Source: Escherichia phage BYEP01 | DNA: 64,000 bases | Sequence record: OR757453.1 | Direction: 5' to 3' (one strand) | Shown here: one piece after another, positions 30,118-39,175 of the stretch | Numbering within the stretch: the first letter of the stretch is position 1 | Layout: each line of letters opens with the position of its first letter | Translations under genes and position numbers: made by a program | Notes under the pieces: model-generated | The model's input: the letters and a program-made list of their open reading frames with translations, nothing else | Databases searched by the model: none | What the model was told of the DNA's origin: nothing

Positions 30118-30285
30118 ATGTCAGATAAGATTTGTGTTGTCTGTAAAACTCCAATCGATTCTGCATTGGTTGTTGAAACAGACAAAGGTCCTGTACATCC
30201 TGGGCCTTGCTATAATTACATTAAAGAACTACCGGTTTCAGAAAGTTCGGAAGAACAATTAAATGAAACACAACTTTTGCTATAG
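30118..30285 (+). CDS. small Cys-containing hypothetical protein (uvsY.-2 position)
   Basis: 55-aa ORF (below ORF-track cutoff) with CVVC…C spacing and GGAG SD. Confidence 0.4.
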   Translation: MSDKICVVCKTPIDSALVVETDKGPVHPGPCYNYIKELPVSESSEEQLNETQLLL

Positions 30286-30341
30286 TGTGACCTTTAGTCT
30301 ATAGTTTTGGCCCTTCCTTTTTTGGTTGGGCCTTTTTTAAT

Positions 30342-30572
30342 TTAAAAGCTTTCTTCTACTTCATCGTCTGAATCTTCTAATTCAGCTCTTTTTCCTGCCA
30401 AAGCATCTCTGACAGAGATGTCATCAGTATCTTTTAATTCAGTTTCTTTAACTCTTTTCTTGTAATAAGCTTCAAGTTCTTCTAGACCTTCTAATGTTTG
30501 ACAAGAGGCAATTTTACCCATAAATTCATCAATAGAAGCTTCATAAAGAAATTGTTTAAATTCTAGTAACAT
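30342..30572 (-). CDS. UvsW.1-like small acidic protein
   Basis: 76 aa from ATG at 30572 with GGAG SD; acidic C-terminus. Confidence 0.6.
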   Translation of the reverse strand: MLLEFKQFLYEASIDEFMGKIASCQTLEGLEELEAYYKKRVKETELKDTDDISVRDALAGKRAELEDSDDEVEESF

Positions 30573-30583
30573 CTTTTTCTCCA

Positions 30584-30599
30584 AAGGGCCGGAGCCCTT
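30584..30599 (-). terminator. terminator-like hairpin after the HNH gene
   Basis: aagggccggagccctt stem-loop between HNH stop and uvsW.1 start. Confidence 0.4.
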
Positions 30600-31290
30600 A
30601 TAAATTAACTGTTTTTCTAAGTATTCTTAGTTTGTACATTGATAATCCAGTAGCTTTAGAAGCATCTTTCATGCATTTATACTTAACACCATTTACTTCT
30701 ATAGGTTTAGCAGCTGGGTTATTAGCTCCTGAATTATCTGGCATGTTATCTTTAATTTTCTGAATAGATTTAGCGGAATGTTTCCTTCCATACATGCCAT
30801 TATTTTTACCTGATTGATTGATAGAATGCAATCTTTTAGCTTCTTCAGTCCATTTTGTTGGGTTCATTCTTTTAGTTTTACTAATTTTACTTCCCCACGT
30901 AATTGGACGATTTTTCATGAGTTTTGACATATATTGTTTATGTTCTTCCGTATGGTGTTTTCCGTAAAATGGATTACCTTCACCTGATTGAAGTTTTGCC
31001 ATTTTACGACGTTCCCAGGCGTAAGATTTATTAACGTGTCTTTCATGAGTATTTGAATTCATTCCCATACATATAACGGCTTTAATTATACCGTAATGGT
31101 TTGGATGAATTTTAGCTAAAAGTTTATGAGCTATAAAATGCTCTTCAGCTGTTAGTTCTACCAAATTACACTTATCATCTGTACCACCCATACATCTAGG
31201 AATTATATGATGAGTTTCAGTGTATCCATTAAGGCGAGCCCGATTCTGGGCTCTATTAATTAAATTATCATATATTAATTTATAATTCAA
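30598..31290 (-). CDS. HNH homing endonuclease, free-standing, between uvsW and uvsW.1
   Basis: 230 aa; YKLIYDNLI…TETHHIIPRCMGGTDDKCNLVELTAEEHFIAHKLL; paralog of 3247-3957 and 49730-50542. Confidence 0.8.
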   Translation of the reverse strand: MNYKLIYDNLINRAQNRARLNGYTETHHIIPRCMGGTDDKCNLVELTAEEHFIAHKLLAKIHPNHYGIIKAVICMGMNSNTHERHVNKSYAWERRKMAKLQSGEGNPFYGKHHTEEHKQYMSKLMKNRPITWGSKISKTKRMNPTKWTEEAKRLHSINQSGKNNGMYGRKHSAKSIQKIKDNMPDNSGANNPAAKPIEVNGVKYKCMKDASKATGLSMYKLRILRKTVNL

Positions 31291-32798
31291 AGTTTAACCT
31301 CTTTCATCACATAATTAAACTTCTCATCAGCATAACGCTGAATACGATCAAGTCCATGTTTTAAAAGATAGTTTAAATGCGAGTATTTTTTAGAAGATGT
31401 TTTTGATTTAGAAACTACGCCCGCGTCATCTATGAGATCCCAGACTGTTGCGATTGTTTTAGAACCATGCTTACGTAATACGCGACCTATTGTTTGCAAT
31501 ACAATAATTTTAGATTTAACACCGTGTGCTAAAACAACATGATGCAGATTTTTAACTGAAATACCAGTAGAAAATACACCATAACTCGCTACTATAATTA
31601 TTCCTTTACCATTTTCAGCTAAGGTTTTCATTACGTTGCGGGTTTCGGTATCAACTTCCCCTGATACGTAATAAACTTTATCGTATTCATTTTTAATTAA
31701 ATCGAAAATAGCTTTACCGTGCGATACGTGTTTAAACATGACAAAAGCGTTTTCATCTTTTTGTGCAAGTTTAATAGCTAATTTAGCGATCCATTTATTT
31801 CTTTTACTGAGCCCAGTAATAATTTTTATTTCTTCTTGGTAAGTTTTTCCCTTTAATTTAGTAGTGAACTCATCAGGATAGCGAAGAAAAATACTATTAA
31901 TTTTTAACTCAGTTACTTGTCCATCTTCCATTAATTTAGAAGTCGTTACTGGCTTAAATATTTCACCAAACATTCCAACATACTGCATGATATTGGCTTT
32001 GCCATCACGTAATGAACCGGACAAACCGAATTTGAACATGCAGTTATTTAAACCTGATATGATAGATGAAATACTTTTTCCTGTAGCAAGATGGCATTCA
32101 TCATTCATCATCATTCCAAACTGTGAGAACCATTCTTTCGGTTGTTTAACTACAGTTTGCCATGTACCAACGACGACTGGTGCATCATTTTTATATTTAT
32201 CATCTTTTGATGCTCCGCCGCCAATTTTCTTTATCATTGCATGACTGAATAAACGATAGTCAACAAAGTCATCAGCCATCTGAGTTGTCAGAGCAGTTGT
32301 TGGAACAATGATAAGAATTTTACCTTCATAATTTTCCAAATAATATCGCGCAAGCAAAGCTTGGATTAACGATTTACCAGCGGATGTTGGAAGATTAAGA
32401 ATTCTACGACGATTAACTAATCCTTCGAACACTGCATCTTTTTGATACCAGTGCGGTTCAATTCTTTTATTTCCTGAATAGATTTCTAATTTAGAAAGCC
32501 ATTCATCAAAATCTTTTCTTGATAATTCTTCTTTTTCGTTAATCTGCGGGTCAATCCAGGCTTTATAGCCAAAATTATCACAGAACTTTTTAATTTGCCC
32601 GACTAAGCCGAATGGAAGAAGACGATTATAATCTAAAAGACGGATTCGTCCATCCCAGTGGCCATATCTGTATTTCGGATTAAAACGATACCCATCAGCT
32701 TCAAAGCTAAAGAAATCACGGAGTTCATGAAATGTACTTTCTTCACAATCAATTCTCACGTGACTAAAATCATAAAAATGTACTTTAATGTCAGTCAT
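31287..32798 (-). CDS. uvsW: UvsW RNA-DNA / DNA helicase (SF2)
   Basis: 503 aa; Walker A PTSAGKS and DECH box (MMMNDECH); matches T4 UvsW from memory. Confidence 0.9.
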   Translation of the reverse strand: MTDIKVHFYDFSHVRIDCEESTFHELRDFFSFEADGYRFNPKYRYGHWDGRIRLLDYNRLLPFGLVGQIKKFCDNFGYKAWIDPQINEKEELSRKDFDEWLSKLEIYSGNKRIEPHWYQKDAVFEGLVNRRRILNLPTSAGKSLIQALLARYYLENYEGKILIIVPTTALTTQMADDFVDYRLFSHAMIKKIGGGASKDDKYKNDAPVVVGTWQTVVKQPKEWFSQFGMMMNDECHLATGKSISSIISGLNNCMFKFGLSGSLRDGKANIMQYVGMFGEIFKPVTTSKLMEDGQVTELKINSIFLRYPDEFTTKLKGKTYQEEIKIITGLSKRNKWIAKLAIKLAQKDENAFVMFKHVSHGKAIFDLIKNEYDKVYYVSGEVDTETRNVMKTLAENGKGIIIVASYGVFSTGISVKNLHHVVLAHGVKSKIIVLQTIGRVLRKHGSKTIATVWDLIDDAGVVSKSKTSSKKYSHLNYLLKHGLDRIQRYADEKFNYVMKEVKL

Positions 32799-32848
32799 GT
32801 CTAAATACCATGTAATAAATATATCTATATTTATACTGAGGAAATATT

Positions 32849-33529
32849 ATGATAGATAAAGATTATATTGCAGAGCTGAAGGCTCTTGATGATAATAAAG
32901 AAGCTAAAGCTAAATTAGCTGAATACGCTGAACAGTTTGGTATAAAGGTCAAAAAGAATAAATCTTTTGATAATATCGTTGCTGATATTGAAGAAGCCCT
33001 CCAGAAGCTCGCTAGTGAACCTATGCCAGAGACTGATGGGTTATCTATTAAAGACTTAATTGATGCTGCTGATGCCGCAGACGGATTAAAATATGACGAT
33101 GAAGAAGTCAATCCAGAGGCAGCACTTCTGATTGATTCTCCGGTTAAATCTGACATTAAAATTGAAGTAGTAGAAATGGATAAAATTCCTGAAAATACCG
33201 ATGTTTTGATTGAAGATACTCCTTTTGTTGAAGAAAAATTCGAGCAGGCTGTAGCTGAGATTATTGAATCTGAAAAGCCGTCTGTATTTACTCTTCCGGA
33301 AAACTTTAGTCCGAATCTTCAGCTGATTGGAAAAAATCCAGGATTCTGCACTGTTCCTTGGTGGATTTATCAATGGATAGCTGAAACTCCGGATTGGAAA
33401 TCTCACCCAACTAGTTTTGAACACGCGTCGGCACATCAAACTTTATTTAGCTTAATTTATTACATTAATCGCGACGGATCAGTTCTAATTCGTGAAACAC
33501 GCAACTCTTCTTTCGTAACATTAAAATAA
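32849..33529 (+). CDS. inh: inhibitor of prohead protease (Inh) candidate
   Basis: 226 aa; assigned by size and position between uvsW and hoc. Confidence 0.55.
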   Translation: MIDKDYIAELKALDDNKEAKAKLAEYAEQFGIKVKKNKSFDNIVADIEEALQKLASEPMPETDGLSIKDLIDAADAADGLKYDDEEVNPEAALLIDSPVKSDIKIEVVEMDKIPENTDVLIEDTPFVEEKFEQAVAEIIESEKPSVFTLPENFSPNLQLIGKNPGFCTVPWWIYQWIAETPDWKSHPTSFEHASAHQTLFSLIYYINRDGSVLIRETRNSSFVTLK

Positions 33530-33538
33530 GGATAACTT

Positions 33539-34390
33539 ATGGCTTTTACAGTTGATATAACTCCTAAAACACCTACTGGAGTTATAGATCAGACTCAGCA
33601 GTTTACTGCTACACCCAGTGGTGAAACTGGAGGTGGAACTATTACCTATGCTTGGACTGTAGACGATGTTCCACAAGATGGAGCTGAAGCAACTTTTAGT
33701 TATGTACTAAAAGGACCTGCCGGTCAAAAGACTATTAAAGTAGTTGCAACAAATACACTTTCTGAAGGAGGCCCGGAAACGGCTGAAGCGACAACAACTA
33801 TCACAGTTCAAAATAAGACACAGACAACTACCTTAGCTGTAACTCCTGATAGTCCTGCTGCTGGAGTGATTGGAACTCCTGTTGAATTTACTGCTGCTTT
33901 AGCTTCTCAACCATCAGGCGCATCTGCTACGTATCAATGGTATGTAGATGATTCACAAGTTGGTGGAGAAACTAACTCTACATTTAACTATACTCCAACT
34001 ACAAGTGGAGTAAAAAGAATTAAATGCGTAGCCCAAGTAACAGCAACGGATTACGACGAAAAAACAGTTACTTCTAATGAAGTATCACTGACTGTGAATG
34101 ATAAAGTTGCTCCGGAACCAGAAGGTGAATTACCTTATGTTCATCCTCTTCCACATCGCACTTCAGCTTATATCTGGTGCGGTTGGTGGGTTATGGATGA
34201 AATCCAAAAAATGACTGAAGAAGGTAAAGATTGGAAAACTGAAGATCCAGATAGTAAGTACTACTTGCATCGTTACACTCTTCAGAAGATGATGAAAGAC
34301 TATCCAGAAGTTGATGTCCAAGAATCGCGTAATGGATACATCATTCATAAAACTGCTTTAGAAACTGGTATCATCTATACCTATCCATAA
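33539..34390 (+). CDS. hoc: Hoc outer capsid decoration protein, short form with two Ig-like domains
   Basis: 283 aa; two tandem Ig-like repeats plus conserved C-terminal capsid-binding region (…PYVHPLPHR…IIYTYP). Confidence 0.85.
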   Translation: MAFTVDITPKTPTGVIDQTQQFTATPSGETGGGTITYAWTVDDVPQDGAEATFSYVLKGPAGQKTIKVVATNTLSEGGPETAEATTTITVQNKTQTTTLAVTPDSPAAGVIGTPVEFTAALASQPSGASATYQWYVDDSQVGGETNSTFNYTPTTSGVKRIKCVAQVTATDYDEKTVTSNEVSLTVNDKVAPEPEGELPYVHPLPHRTSAYIWCGWWVMDEIQKMTEEGKDWKTEDPDSKYYLHRYTLQKMMKDYPEVDVQESRNGYIIHKTALETGIIYTYP

Positions 34391-34394
34391 TCAT

Positions 34395-34417
34395 AAGGGG
34401 CTTCGGCCCCTTTCTTC
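34395..34417 (+). terminator. rho-independent terminator
   Basis: aggggcttcggcccct followed by T-rich tract. Confidence 0.6.
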
Positions 34418-34479
34418 ATTTTGAAAGCACACAAAACACAATCAGAAAATGATGTATATAATGGCACCAACTCGATAAC

Positions 34480-34695
34480 ATGAGATTGATTATGAGAACT
34501 GAGGTTGTGGTGTTTACTCTTCATGAGTCTGGAAAGTCATTCATTGAAATTGCTCGTGAATTAAACTTACAGGCAAAAGAAGTGGCTGTATTATGGGCTC
34601 GAGCTATGACTGCTAAGAATAAATTTGAAACTCGAGAAAAAGTTGTCTATAGAAAAAGACATATCAATAAAAAGGTGAAAAATGGAACAGTATGA
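34480..34695 (+). CDS. hypothetical small protein
   Basis: 71-aa ORF. Confidence 0.35.
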   Translation: MRLIMRTEVVVFTLHESGKSFIEIARELNLQAKEVAVLWARAMTAKNKFETREKVVYRKRHINKKVKNGTV

Positions 34696-34960
34696 TCTTT
34701 ATGAAAATGAATCTTTTGCTAATCAATTACGCGAAAAAGCACTTAAAAGTAAACAGTTTAAACTAGAGTGTTTTATTAAAGATTTTTCGGAACTTGCTAA
34801 TAAAGCAGCTGAACAAGGTAAAACACATTTTAATTATTATTGTATTGCTCGTGATAAATTGATTACTGAAGAAATTGGTGATTGGCTGAGAAAAGAAGGA
34901 TTTAGCTTTAAAGTCAATAGTGATCAGCGTGATGGTGATTGGTTAGAAATTACATTTTGA
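34682..34960 (+). CDS. hypothetical small protein
   Basis: 92-aa ORF. Confidence 0.35.
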   Translation: MEQYDLYENESFANQLREKALKSKQFKLECFIKDFSELANKAAEQGKTHFNYYCIARDKLITEEIGDWLRKEGFSFKVNSDQRDGDWLEITF

Positions 34961-34969
34961 GGATTAATT

Positions 34970-35350
34970 ATGTTTAAAAAGTATAGCAGTCTTGAAAATC
35001 ATTACAATTCTAAATTCATTGAAAAACTTTACAGTTTAGGATTGACTGGCGGCGAATGGGTAGCTCGTGAAAAGATTCATGGCACAAATTTCTTACTGAT
35101 TATTGAACACGATAAAGCAACTTGTGCTAAACGTACTGGACCGATTCTTCCTGCTGAAGATTTCTTTGGGTACGAAATTATTCTAAAGAATTACGCTGAT
35201 TCCATTAAAGCAGTACAAGATATTTTGGAAGAAACTTCTCGTGAAGGTATTACTCTAACTCAAGCGGATAATCCTTCTTTGATTAAAAAGGAATTAGTTA
35301 AAATGGTACAAGATGTACTTCGTCCGGCTTGGATTGAATTGGTAAGTTAA
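34970..35350 (+). CDS. rnlB: truncated RNA ligase 2-like ORF (motif I KIHGTNF retained; rest of nucleotidyltransferase core absent)
   Basis: 126 aa starting [20 protein letters not shown]… with ligase motif I (EKIHGTN); far too short for the ~330-aa ligase. Confidence 0.6.
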   Translation: MFKKYSSLENHYNSKFIEKLYSLGLTGGEWVAREKIHGTNFLLIIEHDKATCAKRTGPILPAEDFFGYEIILKNYADSIKAVQDILEETSREGITLTQADNPSLIKKELVKMVQDVLRPAWIELVS

Positions 35351-35355
35351 ATAAA

Positions 35356-35375
35356 AAGGGACCTTTCGGTCCCTT
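35356..35375. terminator. bidirectional terminator hairpin
   Basis: aagggacctttcggtccctt between convergent rnlB-like ORF and gene 24. Confidence 0.6.
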
Positions 35376-35379
35376 TGTT

Positions 35380-36663
35380 TTATTCATCAACGATAATTTT
35401 TGGTAATTTAACACCTAATAAAACAGACAAATCTGAACGACCCGCCATTTTATCCATGTCTCCACCATCAATTATTCTTGCTTCTTTTTCATCTTTTGCT
35501 ACAGTGTAAGGATTTGCTGATAAAGCATATCTAACTAATAAACCGATAGACGGTTGTAAGCTTTCTGGATCAACTACAACTTTAAATGCACCTACATGTT
35601 CAGGGTCATCTAAGTCGAGACCTTCTGTATACGGAGCATAGAAAATTGATCCGACAATTTCTTTTTCGCCAATATTTTCTACCACACCTACGATTACATA
35701 ATCTAATGGGCTGTTAGTATCGCAATAAAGCGGTAAACCATTAGCTAGGAACCCGTAGGCATTTTGTGAAAGATATTTGTCATCTTCTGGTTTATGTTTT
35801 AACCAACCTGATGCAGCAAGAATCGCAGCGGCACGAGCTGAAGCAACACAGAACGTTGCTGTATAAGTTGATTCTTTCTGGATATGTGAAACCATTTCAC
35901 ATACCATTCGGTATAATGAACGACCAGCTTCAGGTGCAGATGCATAACTCAAATCAATGAATCCAGTGTCAGTAATTCCTGTAACTTTATAGCGTTTTGA
36001 CACTGTAATCAAAGACTGTAGAATATCTTTATTGATTTCATCCGCCATTTCAGTTGCAAGCAAATCTTCCAAGAAATTAGGAGCATCGAATCCATTTGCT
36101 TCTAAATCTTGCGCTAATTCAACCGTGATGCCAGTTTTAAGTTTACGAGATTTAACTGCGGTTTGCCATTTATTAATCTGGAATCTAGCATCAGCAATTT
36201 CGCTATCAGAGCTTTCAAATTTGCTCGTTGACGCAGCGTCAGAAAATAGACGAACCTTTAAAAGAACAATTGCAATCTGAAGAGCTAGTTCTAAATCGCT
36301 TTCTTCAATGGTAGCAAATGGTGTATCTTCTAATACTTTATAAACGATATTATTATATTTGAATAAATCGCCTTTATTGAGAGTTAATTTAGACTCTTCT
36401 GTTAATTCTGTGATTTGTTCTCGGTCTACATACCCAGCTTCGCCAGCGTAAGTAGCACCAGTTTTAAATGTAAATTCGTTATCTGGGTTAAGGTATTTGA
36501 TACCGTAAAAAGCAGCAACAGGTTGATTAGTTCTTTGCGTTGCTACAATGTCAGAATATATTAATTTAGTGGTAGCGCGAGTCAAAGCAACGAGATTTGG
36601 GCGACCGATTGAGTTGCTATTCGTTGTGGTTGATTCGCGCAGAAGTTCGTTGATTTTAGCCAT
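35380..36663 (-). CDS. 24: capsid vertex protein (gene 24 product)
   Basis: 427 aa; paralogous to gp23 fold region; matches T4 gp24 from memory. Confidence 0.88.
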   Translation of the reverse strand: MAKINELLRESTTTNSNSIGRPNLVALTRATTKLIYSDIVATQRTNQPVAAFYGIKYLNPDNEFTFKTGATYAGEAGYVDREQITELTEESKLTLNKGDLFKYNNIVYKVLEDTPFATIEESDLELALQIAIVLLKVRLFSDAASTSKFESSDSEIADARFQINKWQTAVKSRKLKTGITVELAQDLEANGFDAPNFLEDLLATEMADEINKDILQSLITVSKRYKVTGITDTGFIDLSYASAPEAGRSLYRMVCEMVSHIQKESTYTATFCVASARAAAILAASGWLKHKPEDDKYLSQNAYGFLANGLPLYCDTNSPLDYVIVGVVENIGEKEIVGSIFYAPYTEGLDLDDPEHVGAFKVVVDPESLQPSIGLLVRYALSANPYTVAKDEKEARIIDGGDMDKMAGRSDLSVLLGVKLPKIIVDE

Positions 36664-36690
36664 TGCGCTTTCCTTTTGGTTTATATGATT

Positions 36691-36698
36691 TATTTATA
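36691..36698 (-). promoter_or_regulatory. late promoter TATAAATA for gene 24
   Basis: tatttata on + strand, ~28 nt upstream of gene 24 start. Confidence 0.6.
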
Positions 36699-36713
36699 CC
36701 ATAAAAACAACTA

Positions 36714-36731
36714 AAGGGACCCGAAGGTCCC
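36714..36731 (-). terminator. rho-independent terminator after gene 23
   Basis: agggacccgaaggtccct hairpin with T-run on the - strand. Confidence 0.7.
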
Positions 36732-36746
36732 TTAAATCGTCAAAGA

Positions 36747-38312
36747 TTAGATACCTTTAACATATACACGGCGGAAGTAAGCGTTTTTACCAAGGCTATT
36801 CAGAATAGAAGGCATACCGCTCTGGATGCGAGAAGCCGGAGCCTGAGCAGCGGATTCTGCAAATGGGTTGATACCGATACCGTAACGAGTTTTGAATCCC
36901 ATTACTGGTTGGAAGTTCTTCGGATCGGAACCACGCAGCGGAGTCAGAGCTACATATGGAGCATAGTAAATACCAGCATCCATTTCGTTCGGACCTTTAT
37001 AACCTACAGTGAAATAATCCTGTTTAGCATACTGGTCGATATATACACGGTATTTACCACCCAGAACACCAGCAAATACTGACTTGGTAGTATCAGTGTT
37101 AAAGCCGGTAGCCAGACCCTGTGCAGCATAAGAAATGCCAGTATCAACTGAAGCCAGAACGTTAACTACGTTACGGGAAGCGATAATGAAGTTACCTTCA
37201 CCACGACCAGTCTGACGAGCAATTTCAACTGCTTCTTTGTCAATCTGGAACAACAGAGCTTTAAAGGATTCACCCGCCCAGCGAGCACCACGAATATCAA
37301 TCGGATCCTGGAAGTCAAATACACCAGCTTTAGAACCCGGAGTCAGGGTCATACCAGATTTACCAACCTGAGCGGAGTAGTTAATCCAATCAACAACTTC
37401 ACGGTTGATTTCCAGCATGATTTCGGTAGCCAGAATACCAGACAGTTCAGCATCAGCATCCATACCGTGAACAGCGCGGAGGTCTTGTGCTAATTCGATA
37501 GAGTAAGCAGCTTTCAGCTGACGAGATTTAGCTTCGATAACTTGTTTATCGATACGGAAGCCCATTTCATTCCATGGATTATCGGTAGAACCATTGAAAC
37601 TTTCCTGAAGTTCAGCGATAGAAGTAGCCATACCTTCAGCGATTTCTACCAATGCACCAGCTTCCATTTGTTTCTTAATTTCAGCATCTAATTTAGCTGC
37701 ATCAGTTGCGCTTGCACTAATTGTTACTTGAGCAGAAGCTTGCAGATACACAGTACCAGTGTCCTGGAAGAAGTGAGTATAGATATCACCTGCTGTGGTT
37801 TGTGTGCTAGCAGCCAGAGCTGTGAATTTCTTAGCAGCACCCTGACCAGAGAACATTGCATCTGGACCATACATTGGGTGGAATGCTTCTTTAGCACCAG
37901 AAGCGACCGGGTCTTTACCGTATACTGCACGCAGTGCGAATACCTGGCCAGTCGGGCTGTTCATCGGCTGAACACCGCAAATATCGAAAGCAATCAGGTT
38001 AGGAATAGCACGACGTACCATACCCATAACAGCTGGGCCAATCTGAGTTACTGCGCCAGAAGTCTGACCTGCAGCGATGTTGGTAGCATTGTAACCGTGG
38101 TCACCACCGATTTCAGCTTCTGTTAAGAAAGAACCGAACGCCTGAGCAATTTTTTCGTCTTTGTACTCTGGAGCTGTCTGGAAATCTTTTTCCTGGTTTT
38201 CAAAGATTTTAGCGATAATCGCTTGTTTGCTATTAGCAATTTCCGGTAAACCTTCACCTTCCAGTAATGGCTTCCATTTGTTCAAAAGTTCAGCTTTAGT
38301 TTTGATAGTCAT
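36747..38312 (-). CDS. 23: major capsid protein (gene 23 product)
   Basis: 521 aa; matches T4 gp23 from memory (MTIKTKAELLNKWKPLLEGEG…). Confidence 0.95.
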   Translation of the reverse strand: MTIKTKAELLNKWKPLLEGEGLPEIANSKQAIIAKIFENQEKDFQTAPEYKDEKIAQAFGSFLTEAEIGGDHGYNATNIAAGQTSGAVTQIGPAVMGMVRRAIPNLIAFDICGVQPMNSPTGQVFALRAVYGKDPVASGAKEAFHPMYGPDAMFSGQGAAKKFTALAASTQTTAGDIYTHFFQDTGTVYLQASAQVTISASATDAAKLDAEIKKQMEAGALVEIAEGMATSIAELQESFNGSTDNPWNEMGFRIDKQVIEAKSRQLKAAYSIELAQDLRAVHGMDADAELSGILATEIMLEINREVVDWINYSAQVGKSGMTLTPGSKAGVFDFQDPIDIRGARWAGESFKALLFQIDKEAVEIARQTGRGEGNFIIASRNVVNVLASVDTGISYAAQGLATGFNTDTTKSVFAGVLGGKYRVYIDQYAKQDYFTVGYKGPNEMDAGIYYAPYVALTPLRGSDPKNFQPVMGFKTRYGIGINPFAESAAQAPASRIQSGMPSILNSLGKNAYFRRVYVKGI

Positions 38313-38330
38313 TTGTGTTAACCTTTAAAA

Positions 38331-39140
38331 TTAGAAACGAGATGCGACTTTCGCATATACACTTACAATATCTTCTGCACCAGGTGCAGTTTTATCTTCT
38401 ACAGCTTCAGTGACGAAATTCAGTCCGGCTGCTTCAGTATCAGGAGTATTTATACCCTCAGTAATAGTGCTTTCATCTTTATTAGACTTCTTCACCATTT
38501 CTACGATGGCACTCAATTTACTTGAGAATGCATCTGAATAATCCATACCTTCGACCAGAGCAGAGACTTTTTCTTTTTGAGACTCAGTCAGATCTTTAGT
38601 ACTTTCGCTCAATGCCACTTCACGCTGCACATAATTGATATATGCGTCACGCTTATTGAGTTCTTCGAACAGACGAGCTGATTCTTCTTTATGTTCTTGC
38701 AGCTCTTCTTCCATTTCAGCTACAACATCAACTGATTCTTCTGGAACAACAACGTTGTGTTCAACAAAGAGCTCTTTTAATCCACCAAGCATGGATTCAA
38801 ACAGTTCGGCTTTGATGCCTTTATCAACTGCTAATTTATTTTCAGCGAGCCATTCTTTCGCAAGATGGTCAATGAATTTAGAAGCTTGCTCAGCGATTTT
38901 CTTCTCAGCTTTTTCTTCGGCTTCTTCTTTATTTTTTTCTACTTCTTCTTCTGCTTTTTCAGCAATTTTGGCGATATGAGATTCAGCTAATTTAACGGCG
39001 TGCTGCTTGACGGTAGCTTCGAATACAGTGCCGAAAGTTTCTTTTGCTTCCGGAGAAATATTAACTGATTCGAAAATACTATCAAGAGCAACGGAAGCAT
39101 CAATTTTTTGCGCTTCAGCAATCAGTTGTTCTTTAAGCAT
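38331..39140 (-). CDS. 22: prohead core scaffolding protein (gene 22 product)
   Basis: 269 aa, highly charged/helical; position. Confidence 0.85.
   Translation of the reverse strand: MLKEQLIAEAQKIDASVALDSIFESVNISPEAKETFGTVFEATVKQHAVKLAESHIAKIAEKAEEEVEKNKEEAEEKAEKKIAEQASKFIDHLAKEWLAENKLAVDKGIKAELFESMLGGLKELFVEHNVVVPEESVDVVAEMEEELQEHKEESARLFEELNKRDAYINYVQREVALSESTKDLTESQKEKVSALVEGMDYSDAFSSKLSAIVEMVKKSNKDESTITEGINTPDTEAAGLNFVTEAVEDKTAPGAEDIVSVYAKVASRF
38447..38454 (-). promoter_or_regulatory. late promoter TATAAATA for gene 23 (inside gene 22 3' end)
   Basis: tatttata on + strand ~135 nt upstream of gene 23 start. Confidence 0.6.
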
Positions 39141-39167
39141 TTTGTAGTCCTGTTGTTTAGATAATAA

Positions 39168-39175
39168 TATTTATA
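39168..39175 (-). promoter_or_regulatory. late promoter TATAAATA for gene 22
   Basis: tatttata on + strand ~28 nt upstream of gene 22 start. Confidence 0.55.

Noticed and set aside
37724-38126. ORFs of 68 and 132 aa overlapping inside gene 23
   Set aside because: Lie within/antisense to the major capsid gene, which is a highly expressed, well-supported CDS; no SD or promoter; typical out-of-frame artefacts.
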